A stretch of 64,000 nt of DNA from Sphagnum compactum (Eukaryota), in contig OZ234494.1 of NCBI GenBank assembly GCA_965153455.1, positions 1,116,001 through 1,180,000 of the forward strand. Reading direction: 5' to 3'. Positions 1 through 13,866 of the stretch are shown piece by piece; position 1 is the stretch's first letter; every line of letters starts with the position of its first letter. The notes beneath the pieces are model-generated. The model was not told the origin of the DNA. It saw only the letters and a program-made list of their open reading frames with translations, and ran no database searches. Position numbers and translations under genes: made by a program.

Positions 1-253
1 GGATAAACTTTTCAACACTTGCCCTTAAACACTACGTTCATATCCTAAATTAGAAATCATCAATATAATCAATTATCCCTTCATCATATCTTAAGTTTTT
101 AACTAAATCAACTATTACTTATGCTTGTATCCCTTTCAGGGAGTTCTTCAACCTAGACTCCATCTTCCTTTTGTAAAAAAAACACATCAATTGCACTTTT
201 ATATTTCACATGTTTTATTTTTAGAAACTTTTAGACCTAGGCAGTCAACAAAC
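1..253 (+). repeat. Dispersed direct repeat (second copy at 25422-25673)
   Basis: ggataaacttttcaacacttgcccttaaacactac...ttagacctagg(c/a)agtcaacaaac recurs almost base for base at 25422-25673; this copy is truncated by the window start. Confidence 0.9.
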
Positions 254-434
254 ATTTGCATGTAGCGTACTAGGAGCCGTCCGTGTCGTGCCATGCCGCA
301 TACTTTGCTGACTTTTGCTACCGTCGTGATGTCGTTATCTGCTGTCATCTACTCAAGCAGACGGGCATCGCTGGTAAAGACAACTCAGCTAGTTAGAGTC
401 TTCCACGGTACCCACACCTAGGGATTCCCTCTCG

Positions 435-637
435 CAATTTCTGGCAAATAGATGGATGATGCCCCGACAAAAAAATTGGCTCCTGTCATACACACTTTAC
501 TCCTGTAATGGACACTAACAGGCATAATCTTGGCCTGTTAGTGTCCATTACACGGCCAAAGCGTTTATAATAAGACACACAATTTTTGTGTTTCGGCACC
601 ACCAAGATGTGCCCCAGCTGGGCAGTCAGGGAAATTT
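435..637. mobile_element. Fold-back/MITE-like palindrome
   Basis: Perfect 20-bp stem tgtaatggacactaacaggc (504-523) / gcctgttagtgtccattaca (533-552) with a 9-nt loop; imperfect complementarity extends outward. Confidence 0.55.
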
Positions 638-762
638 TTTTGTAGAGGATAGGTTTCTACTGTCTGCAATAAGCACCCATTGCTGATGTACTGTCCTCAG
701 AAGAAGTTCCTGCCGGCTTGCTCACATCTGTCCAGTGTACTGTTGGAGTCTGAGAATTTGCA

Positions 763-1200
763 TTATCTTTTCTTTGCAAATAACTCATTAGTTTTTAGGA
801 CTTCAAATAGAACCTTCAAGTGCTCCATCTGTTCTTCTTTGGACTTGGAATATATTAATATATCATCCAAAAACATAAACACAAATTTACCTAGGTATTC
901 TTGAAACAAGGAGTTCATAAGACTCATAAAGGTGGTTGGGGCATTTGTGAGCCCAAATGGCAATACAATAAACTCATAATGCCCATTATTGGTTCTAAAG
1001 GTTGTTTTTGGTATATCTTGTTCTTTCACACAAATCTAGTGTAGCCACTTTTCAAATCTATTTTGGAAAATATTTTAACACCATAAAAATGATTGAGGAG
1101 ATCATCTATCCTTAGTAAGGGATATTTATTTTTGATTGTGACCTCATTTAAACCTTTGTAATTCACACAAAGTCTAAGGGTGCCATTTTTATTTTAACAA
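763..1200 (-). mobile_element. Degenerate Ty3/Gypsy reverse transcriptase fragment
   Basis: ORF 763-1029 reads KTTFRTNNGHYEFIVLPFGLTNAPTTF...FLDDILIYSKS (RT motif with catalytic DD). Upstream on the same strand is [31 protein letters not shown]...[10 protein letters not shown], interrupted by a stop/frameshift. A pre-RT-like remnant (LLEEYFDVF) lies near 1680-1740. Confidence 0.9.
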
Positions 1201-1915
1201 AATGTACCTAGGCACCCCAAGGGGATTTACTACATCACAAACTTCATGGGCCACGATTTGATAATAATAGTCATGTGAAATTTTTTTCATAGGTTCATAT
1301 GGGATAAACATGAATGTCATTCATCTACATGTATCGTTTGAACATTGATGTCATGCACATCGTTTAGACACAAATGTCATATGCCTATTTGTATTGTTTA
1401 GTCACAAATGTTATATGTCTATTCATGTTGTTTAAACACAAAAGTTGTGCACACGACTTCTATGTTTAAATAATGCACAACATTCATGTTTAAACAATAC
1501 AAACCTATGAACCTTGTAAATTTGTGATGCAGGTTTTATGTACCTTTTTTCCAAAATGTCACTTAATTGTTTTTCCATTTCTTTATTTTTCATAAAACAA
1601 TGACGATAGGGAGTTTAATAATTGGTTTTGCATTACGGTCTAGGTCAATGGCATGACCCACCTCCTTAGTTGGTGCATCTTTGGTAAGTCTCTTTGAAAG
1701 ACATCAAAATATTCTTCTAACAAACTATCCAACAAACCATTCAAATCATTTCGTATCCCACAACCCTTGACTAGCTCATACATGTATATGGAAAACAATT
1801 CTACATTTCCATTGTAAAATTTTGAAAAGTGAGTTGCTAAAAGTAAGGCCTGCACAAGTTGGTGCATTATTCTTACACAACTTGAGGTTGTGCTGACTTT
1901 TTTGGCGTGTTTCAG

Positions 1916-2048
1916 GCAGTATGCCGGAAGGCGTTGGGTGCAGGGTGATGGCCATCCACTGGTACGGACCCCTTCTGGGTCCCTCAGACCACAAAAAGGT
2001 CCTGTGTTCAAACCAAGACGAGGTGTGCAGGTGAAACTCTGGCAATGA
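1916..2048 (+). CDS. Possible terminal exon of an unidentified gene starting left of the window
   Basis: Branch point, pyrimidine-rich tract and acceptor (tgctgacttttttggcgtgtttcag|) followed by a GC-richer open frame QYAGRRWVQGDGHPLVRTPSGSLRPQKGPVFKPRRGVQVKLWQ*. Product not recognised. Confidence 0.35.
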
Positions 2049-5000
2049 GCTTGACTTGGGGGTGCCAATGGCTTGTCAGGTTGGGTGTGCTGTTTTTGGC
2101 CTTCAACATATACACATATGTTATTTTTTCATTTATAGAAGTAGTTGAAAGCAAGTTATAAGAGTTCAATGGAAAAGGTTGTTCCCATGTGCTGTGCATG
2201 TAAGCTGTTTAATCACCGTTTTCTAACCAAACACTTGGAGAATACTCAATCAAAACATAGTGGAGTTGCGTTCATATGTGCAATGAACTGCTCTGTCAGA
2301 ATCTCATCCTTCTACCAGACACAAACAATAAACCCTATGTAGAGAGCCATGGTAGACCAAATGATAAAACTTGTAATAAATTAGCTCACTGGCAAGAACC
2401 AGTTTCATGACTGTCATCTGTGAGTGAATGTGCAAAAAGTTGAACTGCTCAAATCTAGTGGGTGGGGGGAGGACCCATTTGAAAACTATGGAATCTGTCA
2501 ATGGGGGTAGTCCACCAGTTGATTTTATCTCACATGTGAACGCTCCTCCATCCCTACATTCCAGAAAATAGCGATTAAGCAACTTACATGTGACATGACC
2601 CTTAGGTTGCAGGAGTCAGTTTAAGTTCAAAGAACTCAGATAAGGCACATACACCCAGGATTTCTAAGGCTAGCTTCACACTAGGGCTCCAGATGAAGAA
2701 ACATCTGGCTCAATTTAAACTCTCTAGTCTGATTTCTTGTGATCAGAAAAAAATTTAGAGTAGGTAAGATTTCTGTCTCAAAGATGTTCCATCTATTTTA
2801 AAACTGGGGAGAAATTTGGGCACCTGTTTTGAAATTATCCCCAAAAATTAGTCAAGTAAGTTAGCTACCAAGCAAGACACCAAAAGGATTTCAGGAAGCC
2901 TGTCTTCCTGGAGAACATTCATATACCTTGGCACTAATTATATTGTTTTCAGAAATGTTGATTTTTTTTCAAGAAATAAATTTTTCTACAGGAAAAAAAG
3001 AATCTGATGGAATATTTGAGAATATATCACTTATCAAAATGGAATTCTTGAAATTAATTACTTATTCGAGAAACATGTTTGGAGATGGCCAAGGTACTAT
3101 GGTATTTGAAAAGAACTGGGTTGCTGATTATGGGTGCTGAAACCTCAGCACTCAAGCTGGCGAACCTTGAATCCCACATAGTCATAATTTATGGGTAAGT
3201 GACACCCTAAATCCCCAAGACTAAAAGTTCCAAGTTATATAATCTTACAATTGTCATGGAATAAAATATTGTGTAAATTGCATTGCAATTTCTAATGTGT
3301 GAAGTGCCGTTAGGTGGTGGAATAAAGTGTCCTCTATACTTCAATTTGCAAGGTGTACAATAATGCATTGCATTACAATTTCGAAGTAATAATGTGTTAA
3401 ATGCAGTGCACTTCACAAATTTCATGGCAGTCATTTTGTAGGTGCGACTGGGTTATTTACTGGCAATCACAGCATGCCACCCACTTGCAACGAAAGGTGC
3501 CTTTCATCATGAGTACACATAAAAGGGTATCTTTTTCCTTTACAACTTCTCTTTCTATTAGACATTTGGTGCAAAGAATAGAATAAGTACCCCCAGTTTA
3601 TGATGGGGATATTAGCCCAGGTTGATAATGGTGACACAAGAAATAAGAATCTCATGCGGCCAATGCGAAGCCTCGGCATGTACTAGGGGGGCTTAGTTTT
3701 TTTCTTTTGGGTTTTTGGGGGGTGGGTTGACCTGTTCCAAATGTATTCCCATCAGGCTCTCAAAATGTTCCCCATTGTCTTCCCTTAGTTGTTCCCAATT
3801 GGACCTCAGTTTTAACCCATATTGTTTGGTCACGGTTCAACTTCCATGTATATAACTTCGAAAGGGGGGCTTGTTGAGAAGCATAGATATGCTTTTATGT
3901 TGTAGAGTGACCATGTTGCAGAAACATTGGTGATATCTCAATCATGTTGGTTTGTTTTCGCAGAAAAAAAAAGCTGTGGGTACACCGCCCTCCTGGTAAT
4001 TAATAGAAGCACATCCCTGCATTTCATGCCCCTGCCATTAGCCTAGTCTAAGCATGGTGATCATTACAATTAGAAATTGGGTTCATTTCCAACCAATGAG
4101 GCAAGACAACATGCACCCAAAGAGGCCTAGTTTTTTTCATTTGGGGGGGAGGTGTGGATGGGGTTCTTTTGCAATTTGATGTTTCCAAATGTATACCATA
4201 TGATTCCTTCATGTTTCCCATCAAGTGCTCAATTGCTCTTTATTACGTTCCCAATAGCAGCATACTTTGTCCCATATCCACTTTTGCCGAAATAGTCAAA
4301 GAAAATACTACATTGTTTTGGGATCTTTTGAAGGTTGGGGTGCATGTCACAAGGACTTGCAGGATTGATTGTAAGGGGTGGTTTGGTGCTTCGACTATTG
4401 ATCCAAAAAAAGCATCAAGAGGACAACTTTGATATCGCATGCATGCTTTAGGTAATTTGTTATAATATCTTGGTTTGACAACAAACCAATTTCCATTTTG
4501 TCCACTACTTTTAGTTTAATTTACATTACAGGTGCAACATTTGCCACTTGGTGAGATCTAACTAGTCCATTGGAGATTCCCACTAGCCCAATGCTAATAC
4601 ATTACCAAGAGCACATGCATGGAATTGATGTGCAAGATCAACTCTTTGGATATTATACTTTGCAAATGCATGATCACAAATGGTGGCATTGAATAATGTT
4701 CCATGTCATTCATACCACCACTGTGAACTCCTACATCATGTACAAGCATTATTACAAAATCCACCCCCCACCCAATAGCCTTGAAATGTGGTAAACTTTT
4801 ATTTGTATCAAGGATACTAGGTAGTGCTAGCCAAAGTGTGAACTTGTTACCCAACTAATTTTTCCTTCTAAAACCAAATTTTGTAATTTAATTAATTTCC
4901 AATGCCAAAAACTACTAAAAACTTAGTATCTCCTACAACTTAAATCTAAAAGAATTCAAATCACCTTCATTAAATCCTATTTATTGAAGGCTTTCCAAAA

Positions 5001-5407
5001 TTACCAAGATTGTGCCCAAATTCTCCAATAATTTTCAGTTTTGATTTAAATGAAGAATTTTCAGTGAAAAAATTGTTCAATATTTAAGAACTTCTCCACT
5101 AGAGCTTGAAACATTATGAAACCCACTCACTGCACTCCGTACTCATTGAAGGCCATCCAACAGTACCAAAAGCACAACAAGAGACACCATGAATATGGGA
5201 GACCTCAATGTGACAAGCAAACAAAACAAACCAGGCCAGAACAAACAACCTTCCATCATAGATAAATTTCAACTAAAGGTTTTAATAGTCAAAATATTGC
5301 TCCTTTCATGGGCCATGCTCAACTTTTTACACTATATGGATGACCACAATGACATACTAAGATTTTAGTTGTGTTCACACTGAGCTGGCCCTGGTTTTTC
5401 ACACTAA

Positions 5408-5618
5408 AAGTGCATTCACACTTGGTGTTAGGGACTCAAGTTTGAGTCCCCTAACACCATGCTAGTCATTTAGGACTTAACTTATTTATCATGAAGAATT
5501 TATATTAAGCTAACATTCACTTAACATTAAGCCATCACCCATTTAACATTGGGTGCCACCCAGGATGCCACCTAGATTTTCATTTAACACTGACTTAACA
5601 TCAAGTGTGAATGCACCA
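5408..5618. mobile_element. Tourist-like (PIF/Harbinger) MITE
   Basis: Terminal inverted repeats gtgcattcacacttggtgtta (5410-5430) / taacatcaagtgtgaatgcac (5596-5616), flanked by TAA on both sides (5405-5407, 5619-5621). Confidence 0.75.
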
Positions 5619-6390
5619 TAAGCGTGTCGACTGGCATGAGATTTTGGTCATGTCTAGACCGAGTTAGTCTTGGGTTAGGGTTTGGGCATGTTTTTTTCTT
5701 TCTTGAACATGATCTCTTGGATGTTCTTCAATGACTTCACACCAGATGCAACAAGTACATTCGGGATTCAACTTGAAGCACAAGAGTCAAGCATGTGGAA
5801 GAGGCTTGCTGTTGTCATTTTGACAACTGGTGATCAAACCAAAACCAGTTCAGCCACCCACCACTTACATGAACATAAATAGAAGCCTTAAAAAGCCATG
5901 TTAGTTTCTTTGTAATGTGAAGAAATGGTCGTATATGTTGTATGACACAAAGTAGCCATGCAAGTTTTGTAAATGCCTTCTTCTGTAGGCTTTTATAAGT
6001 CGTCCTCCGTTGTACCACTGTCTCAATTGTGGCTATTGGTTCAGTAACCCGCTCCATCAATTAGGTTTTCATGCATGATAAAGCCCTTGGAACAGAGCTT
6101 TTTACTCTTGAAATTGGGCATAGGCCCTTATTTCGAATGTGCCCAGCTCTGTCGCTTCCTTACACACACACCACTTATTGTCCTTCAACGGAGTCTGATT
6201 CAGTGCTGTACTGGTACGTTCACTTTCACATACCAGTTGGGTACCAGTCTTGACTACTTTCATATCACCCTGGTATTGGTATTGGATCGAATATTAACAC
6301 TTTCATATTGGCCTGGTCCTGGTATTGGGCCCAAGCCTGATTTTGGTGTAGTATGAGGTAAGTATAAACCTGGTGTTGAGACAGGTATAA

Positions 6391-7083
6391 GAGCATCTCC
6401 AGTGGTGCTCAGTATGTGATCCTACACAACACAATTGGATGAAGAAAAGTTAGAATATGCCGGTTTGGCTCAGAGTTTGCGGTGGCTGGTAAAGGGCACA
6501 GCAAAGGTGTGCACCTCCAAAAAAGACTGTAATAAATATGATTTGACTGGTGCTCACTGTTTTCTGATTGGTCCAGGTGGTTTGCTATTAGTAGTCCCCC
6601 ACCTATTTGCTGTCCCAGTCTTCATTTTATGTGTGGGGTTGCAAAAAAGTAAATAACTAAACTTGGATGGGAAAAATACTTTTGCAGGGTCACATACGGA
6701 GCACAGCTAAAGATGCTCATAGATGAGCATCCGAACCAACGCTCACTCTGTGACCCTGCAATAATGTTTCTCACATCCAAATTTTTTTAGTTACTAACTT
6801 TTTTCCACCCCACCATTAAACTGAAACTCGGATTGCAAGTGGGTGGGAGACTACTAGTAGCAGTCCACTTGGACCAATCAAACTATCTACCCAATCAGAA
6901 ACAGGGAGGGAGCAGTCAATAAATAGGAATTGACTGTCTTTTTCAGACAGTTCCCGGGCTCTGAAAGATCTGCATCTTTTCAGGGTCCCAGGAGTGTTCC
7001 AATGGATTCACTGGATTTCATTGATGAACCTCATCAAAGATGTCCAGTCCAGAGTCACATACTGAGCATCGGTGGAGATTCTC
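6391..7083. mobile_element. Tourist-like MITE (two subunits), nested in a GGTAT-rich repeat
   Basis: TIRs gagcatctccagtggtgctcagtatgtga / tcacatactgagcatcggtggagattctc with TAA target duplication; an internal degenerate end sits near 6690-6735. Confidence 0.75.
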
Positions 7084-8809
7084 TAAACCTGGTATAGGCT
7101 GGTACTATCTCTGGTTCATACCAGTCTGGTACTGGTATTAGGCTGGTATTGCCTCAGGTGTTGTACTGGGATGTTCTTCCATACCAATATACATACCAGT
7201 ACTAAATAGCTAGGTTGCTCCCTATATACCAGTACAACACTGGTCTAATCCTTCTAATAACTCATGGTAAAATTCAGTACCTAATTCTTCAAACCACAAA
7301 GCTCTCCCATTTATTCTATAATGCTGTGTTGACAGAGCCTTGCAAAATTTGGGAAATTTTGGATGATGTGCAGGATGTATACTAAGATTTGCATTTGCAA
7401 GCACACTCTAATTCAGTGGCATCAGGGTGTTTCAATTGCAATCAAAACTTCTTCCATCCGAAGCTGAGTTGCATAATTGGGTTGGTTTCCTCCTCCTGAC
7501 ATCCTTCCTTTGTTGAGTTCCCCCCCAACCCCCCTCCCCCAACACCCACCGGCAGACCATGAAGGATGGATGGTAAGTGATGAGGAAATAATTTTCTGTT
7601 GCATTTCAATTTAACAGCTAACCATACTGGTTAGCTCAGTTGCTTTTTTTTACAACCTACCTATTAACCCTTAAATGTCAGTGCAGACCAGAATGGTTTG
7701 GGCTCAACAACATGCCCTAGAACAGTAAAAATAGCTTGCTTTTTTTTTTTTGTGCTTGTGCGCAAATGACCATTGTATGTGCAAGGCCACTCATTTTTAC
7801 CTCATCTCAAGTCCAAATGTTGAATTTCTTTTTCCATCAACCTCATATGTCCCCTTCCATTTACTATAAAAAGTTTAGGATAATTGAAATATGATAGCTA
7901 ACTCAAATACTTGAAAAACTCTAAATTTTGAAAGCTGCCCGTATCTCATAAAATTGCACTTAAGATGGTGGGGATTTTTCATTTATCATCCAAATTACAC
8001 ATTTTTACTACCAAAAGATTCAGATTGAAATCCCCTTCAACTCTATTGAGTTGAATTTTTCAAAAATGTCACCAAATTCCAGCTATTGGGAAGTTATACG
8101 GTTACAACTCCCTCCTGCCACTTGACACTGGTTTGGTCAAATATCAATTAAGGGTTAACAACCTGTTGAGTGGGTTGTTAGTAGGTAGGTTGTAGAAAAG
8201 CACTTGATCTATCTATGTATAAACCATCTACTTACTTAGTAGTTACTTAGTTGCCTACCTATGCGTGACCCATTTCTTACAGAACAGGTTATCAAGGTGA
8301 AACCGGATATTAACTCGGTTGAGGTTCATCCACAACTTAGTCATAACTCATAAGTGAAATCCAGTGGATGGTCGGCTGGTGGGTGCTGGTGCACTCTGGT
8401 CAAGTCTCCCACCCTTTTACTTACATCCAATCCAGTTTAATGGCAAGTAGTTTGTAAAGCTACTCCCACTTTTTGGTCTCCTTTTATTCCAGCAATTTTA
8501 GTGAAACATTATTTTATTTTATTTTTTGGGTTTTACTTTCTCTCTTCTAGAGAGGTAAGTTCACTTGAATAAATTGCCAAAGATTTTCATAATGTACAAT
8601 GCTGGTAGATATGGTGCTACATATGGTGTTAAAGTTATTGAGTTAAATAAAGCACCTCCACTGGCAGCAAACCCAATGGCCTGAAAATAATATTCTTGAT
8701 GAAATTTAGTTTTTACATTTCATGGATGACAATTACTGTTCTGTATAATTGGAACCTGCGCGGACTGTGTTGTATAATATCGTATAATATCGTATAATAC
8801 CAGATTGTA

Positions 8810-10230
8810 TTATACAACAGTCAAAGTCCACCTCAATTCAATTGAAGATGTTACCCTCGTCCACCACCTCCTTGTCGAAGCTTTGTGTTGAACAAGATGG
8901 TGGTCCGCATCTCGATCGATCTTGGCTTGACCCAACCGAGCACGTGAGCGACTGTGAACGCGCTTGCCCGCCTTGTGATTGCGCTCGCCCCCGCTTGCCT
9001 CGGCCGGGTTCTTGTGCAATGCCGATAGTGGACCCTTGATGGAGCCCTCACACGAATCGTCACACAATGTCCACAATTCTGATGGCTTAAACTTGATATC
9101 GTTGAAATCATAATCATTGTCTATTGGCCGCATGATAAACGTGGCGAACTCACTGAAATATCATCGTTGGAGGTCCTCGTTGCCATTCGAGAAACGGACG
9201 AGTGCGGCCTTCGCCTGTTGGTTGATCGAACCTTTCCCAACTTGCAGGAAGTTTTCGCCGAAATTGGCCGCGATCTTACTACACATGTCGATGAACATTG
9301 GATCTATCGCAAATGCGAGACCATGGGCCTCCGAATAGATGGTTGAGAAACGGTGGTGGAGCAACGTCATCATCTGTTCGATATCATCGTCACCCAAGTT
9401 GAAGGCATCCATGACGGCGCGATTAAGCTTCTTAATGTGGTACTTGATCGCCACGAAGCACGCATACACGGCAAAAAATGTGCAGAAAATGTCGCTTCGT
9501 CTCCCTCCAGGTAAGTTAAACAAGAGCTAATCGTCATGAAGAGCGTCTCCATCGTAGCGACGCCCTTCCAATAGGCTGGATCAGTAACCAATTCTTTGAG
9601 CTCGTCGCATATATCAATGTCGAGTTCGGCGTTCAAAATTTCACCTAGCAGTGCTGCGCACGCCGCCTTGACCGTGTTGGCACACTGCACAGTGAAGAAT
9701 ACGGTGCCCCATCGGGTCTCCGTGAAGAGGATGAGCACGTAGGTCTTCTTGAACTTCTCCAAACACAGCTTGTTAAATAATTGTAGAAGAAGATGCGACA
9801 ATTTCAAGGTTTTGACCATGAATACTATCTGCTTCAAAACATGCTTCATTCCAGGGAAGTTCTTGATCAGATCCATGTAAAGATTGTGGATTGCATGGGG
9901 CGCACAGCCATAACAAACGTGAACTCCTTTGTTTTCAGGCACTCCTTGCACAGCTTGACCATGACGCTTGGGGAATCGTTGCAGAAGCAAAACATCGAGG
10001 GATTAATGAAGTGTTCATTCTTGGTGCAGACCTGTCCTTCTTCCTGCTGCTCCACCACTTCAACGTTGCTGTCGTCAAACATTCCGACGTCCCTCAATAG
10101 CACAAAACCAGGAGCCGATTGACGAATCGATCTAAGTAGGCGCAGCTTATAATTCAAGAACTTCTCTAGCAAATTGGCCGCACTCTCTCTGCGGAGCTCC
10201 ATCGTGAAGTGCTCAAGGAAGAACCTTGCA
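8810..10230 (-). mobile_element. Frameshifted hAT-superfamily (DUF659-like) transposase relic
   Basis: Overlapping ORFs in different frames: CYGCAPHAIHNL (CxxH), ETRWGT, LAFAIDPMF and dimerisation-like SELWTLCDD...ASGGERNHKAGKRVHSRSRARL. Subterminal (gtataatatc)n at about 8770-8800. Confidence 0.8.
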
Positions 10231-10332
10231 TTTTGTAACCAAATTATAAAGTTACAACAATTTATTTTTCTTATATAATTTTTTTCAATTCTATAAATTG
10301 CAAGCATCTACATACGTGGTTAACCGCGTTAA

Positions 10333-12110
10333 TTAGTTAGGTATTTGACTGTGTAAAAAACATAGGTAGGTAGGTGAACATAATGGTAGGTAGGAAGGTG
10401 GGTGCATAGGTAGGTAAGTAGGTACATAGGTTGGTAGTTGGGTTAGTAGGCAAGTTAGTAAGTAAAAAGGAAGTTCAAAGAACAAGGTAAATAGGTTGTT
10501 AGAGTAGGTAAGCATGTAGGTAGAGAAGTTAATAGGTAAAAAGAAAGTTACATTAACAAGGTAGCTAGGTAGATAGACAAATTAATATGTAAGAAATAAG
10601 TTACCTTATCAAGGTGACGAGGTTTGTAAAATACTTATGTCAATAGGGTGTTTGTAAATATAGAGTTAGTAAATAGTAATGTAACTAGGTCAGTAGGGTA
10701 CGTAGTTAGTACAATGGTTAGGTCAGTAAGGAAGTTAAGTTAATAAGGTATGTAGTTAACAGGGTAGCTAGATTAGTAGGGTAAGTAGTTAGTATAGTAG
10801 TTAGTTAGTATAGTAGTTAGGTCAGTAAGATAACTAGTTATTAAGACAGAGTTTGACAAAACAGAGCTAAGGGGGATTAAGTGGGGATGAGAGAAGAGAG
10901 CGCCAATTTTCAAGACCTCCGAATGCATATTATGCATTTGTTCCAAGTTGTATTTCATCCGTGAGTCTAGTAGGGGTAGTGGGTTGCACCAGACAAATCC
11001 CTGGTGAAAAGTTTTACAGCAAGTTTTTCGCATTCTGTGGGGTGATCGGAGTCTGTGAGGATGGAGCTTGTTGTTTTGCCGACACTGTCAGTGGAAACTC
11101 ATGAGAGAAGGATCGGAGTGATCTGACCCCCATAGGCTCTTAGAATTTAACCTTATGCAAGGGAAGTGGATTGTGTTCAAGGTTATGGACTTTTGATGTG
11201 ACGAGAACTTACATGTGCCCCTGGTTTTTCGGTACAAGGGTTTCTTCAATAACACTTAGTCTGAACAGCCAATGAAACGCTTTTCTCAGTGACCCTGTGC
11301 TCCAAGGCTCCAAAAGGGACAAATGTACATTCCGATAAAGATTGCTCCAGAAAGTTGTTCTAGAAAGTTGTTCCAAAAAGTTGAAATTCTATAAAGTCAA
11401 TGGATGAATATGTAAGGCCCGATAGATTGTGAGAAATGATGGATCAAATGTGAAAATTGTTGTACTATGCATGCACATCAATAACTGTGAGAAATGATGG
11501 ATCAAATGTGAAAATTGTTGTACTATGCATGCACATCAATAACGTCATGTAAAGTCTAACCTGAGACTTTCCAAAATATTTTATACACAACAACCTCTGT
11601 GACAAGCATGCCCAAACTTGTCAAACGTGTTTAGTTGCAAGACCTGCTTGAGCAATCTGCTGCCAATTTACCACTACAACTGACCTATCACATGGACAGA
11701 GTGCGCTCCACTATTAAGAAATTGATGCAACAAAGTTCTAAAGTCTCTAGAAGTACACAATCTGCTGCCAATGAAAATAAAATTTTCATTACAACTAACC
11801 TATCACATGGATGGAATGCACTATATTGCTAAGAAATTGACACAACATTGTGTTTAAGTGCATTAGTGCAGTAAGCTTGCTAAACTTTATTAATGAAGGC
11901 TTCAATTGGGGAGAACGGGATGCATAAAAGGAGAGAATCTTATGAGTAAGGATCTTTGGTGGATAATTTGATATAAAAGTTGTTATTGTTGCGATGTGAA
12001 GGAGTAGAAATTGTGTTTCTGTGGAATAGGTGATCATAGCTATTTCAGTGATTTTGTGCATTTCAAAGTTCGTTTGTGAAGAAGAAGAAGAAGAAGATAT
12101 GGGGTCCGGT
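10333..12110 (+). repeat. Internally deleted third copy of the CCD upstream region
   Basis: Colinear direct matches: ~10333-10845 to ~33180-33665, ~10846-11025 to ~34280-34460, ~11028-11945 to ~34535-35397, ~11946-12110 to ~36920-37077. It ends at ggggtccggt, about 170 bp before the ATG-equivalent position. Confidence 0.85.
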
Positions 12111-13866
12111 ATCCACCATGACTTTTTATCACTTGTGACCACCAGGTATTAATTAGTTCTATTTCAAGTTTTGCTTTTGTGACTTACACAATATTCAAAT
12201 TATCCTCCTAAGCCCTATTTTACTTTTCAAAAATTTCCAAAATCTTTCAAATGTTGTTCAATCTTCAAGAGTCACTATTTATCACCTAGTGACCACTAGG
12301 TATTAGTTTTATTTTATGTTTTGCTTTTGTGATTTATGCAATATTCATATTAGCCTTCTCTCATTTGATTATTGTAATCACTACCAATAATGATAATGGG
12401 TCAAAGCAAGATAAAATATATGAAAAAAATAGACGTCTTCATTTTGACCTTGTGCCTCTCATATAACTAACATAAAATAACATCAAATTAGGTGAAAGTA
12501 TGTGTCAAATAACATTAATTGCTCTATTAAATTTATAAGAATTTAATTCTAAGAGTATTTTTTTAAAAAGAATTTGAAAAGTAAATAAAAAGTATATTTA
12601 AAACCAACTAAAAAAATGAGTTCAAACCTATTTTTTGGTTAGAAAAATTAATGAAATTGACATGTAATAAATTAGGAAATGAATGTCAACATATGTTCTA
12701 GCAAGACTTCATTAAAAAAAAAATTATTTCCTTTTTGTAAAAACCTACTTGACACTTACTTGAAACCAAAAGCCCATAATGAAAAGTACACGTCAAAACC
12801 CTTAAAACTACTTTTACAATTTGAAATATGAAAATCAATGCACATTAGGGTGAACATATATCATACTTAGTTATTGAAATGAAAGCATTCAATGCTTCAC
12901 AATTTTATAATGGGTTTTGTTGCTATTTTAAATTTACTTGTTCTAGTTTTGACAAGGAAATCATGTTGTTCACTATATTTTGCTTACACCAAGTTCAATT
13001 TGTAATTTCAAATTTTTTAAAACTATTTAAATTGTTTTAAGTTATTTTCAGACTTTTCGAAAGTTTGAAATTAATTAAAAACATGTTCTATCCTTAACCC
13101 TAACCTAAACATTACACTTCAACATCAATTTATATGTAAAACCTTAATGTTAAACCTAAAACCATAATCTTAAACCTTAAGCCTAACCTTAAAACTTTAA
13201 AGTTAAACCAAAAATAAATAAAATAAATAACTGGTAAGTTTTTTGATATCAGCCTAATATTGGTATTAGGCTACTGATTTTGGGCTCATATATGCTTGGT
13301 ATATAGACTAGTATGACACTAGTATAACCTCAAGTTCCTACGAGCTTGTACTAGTATTAAACTGGTACCAGACTTAAGTCATATCAGATTTGTCTAGTAT
13401 TTGATATCAGTGTTCATACCAATATTGATACCAGTTTCTCACCCTACATTGGTCAACATCAGTCTCAAACCATCAATGAAAATCTATTAACCTTAACAAG
13501 GTTATTAAACATGATCATTGCTAATGCCATTGATGCTAACCTAGCACTGTTCTTATTGCACTTTTTTGATACTGAGATTTTGGCAAAATTTAACCAAAGA
13601 AAATAGTTGAATTGGTCGAATTTATGTTAGGAAAGAAAAAAATTCTCAATTTCTTTGTGAAAAATTTCACCAAATTAAAATAATACCTTAGATTTGTTTT
13701 TTGAGCTGCCAAAATGAACAAAGTCTTGGGTCGCAGTCAAATGGGGATCCTCCATCCTGCAAAGTACTCAAAATCTATTTTCTGGTTGTATTCTCAAAAA
13801 AATTTCAATACTCAAGTTGCTTCTAAGCACTTACTCTCTAAACTTCATTCCTATCGGGAAACATGA

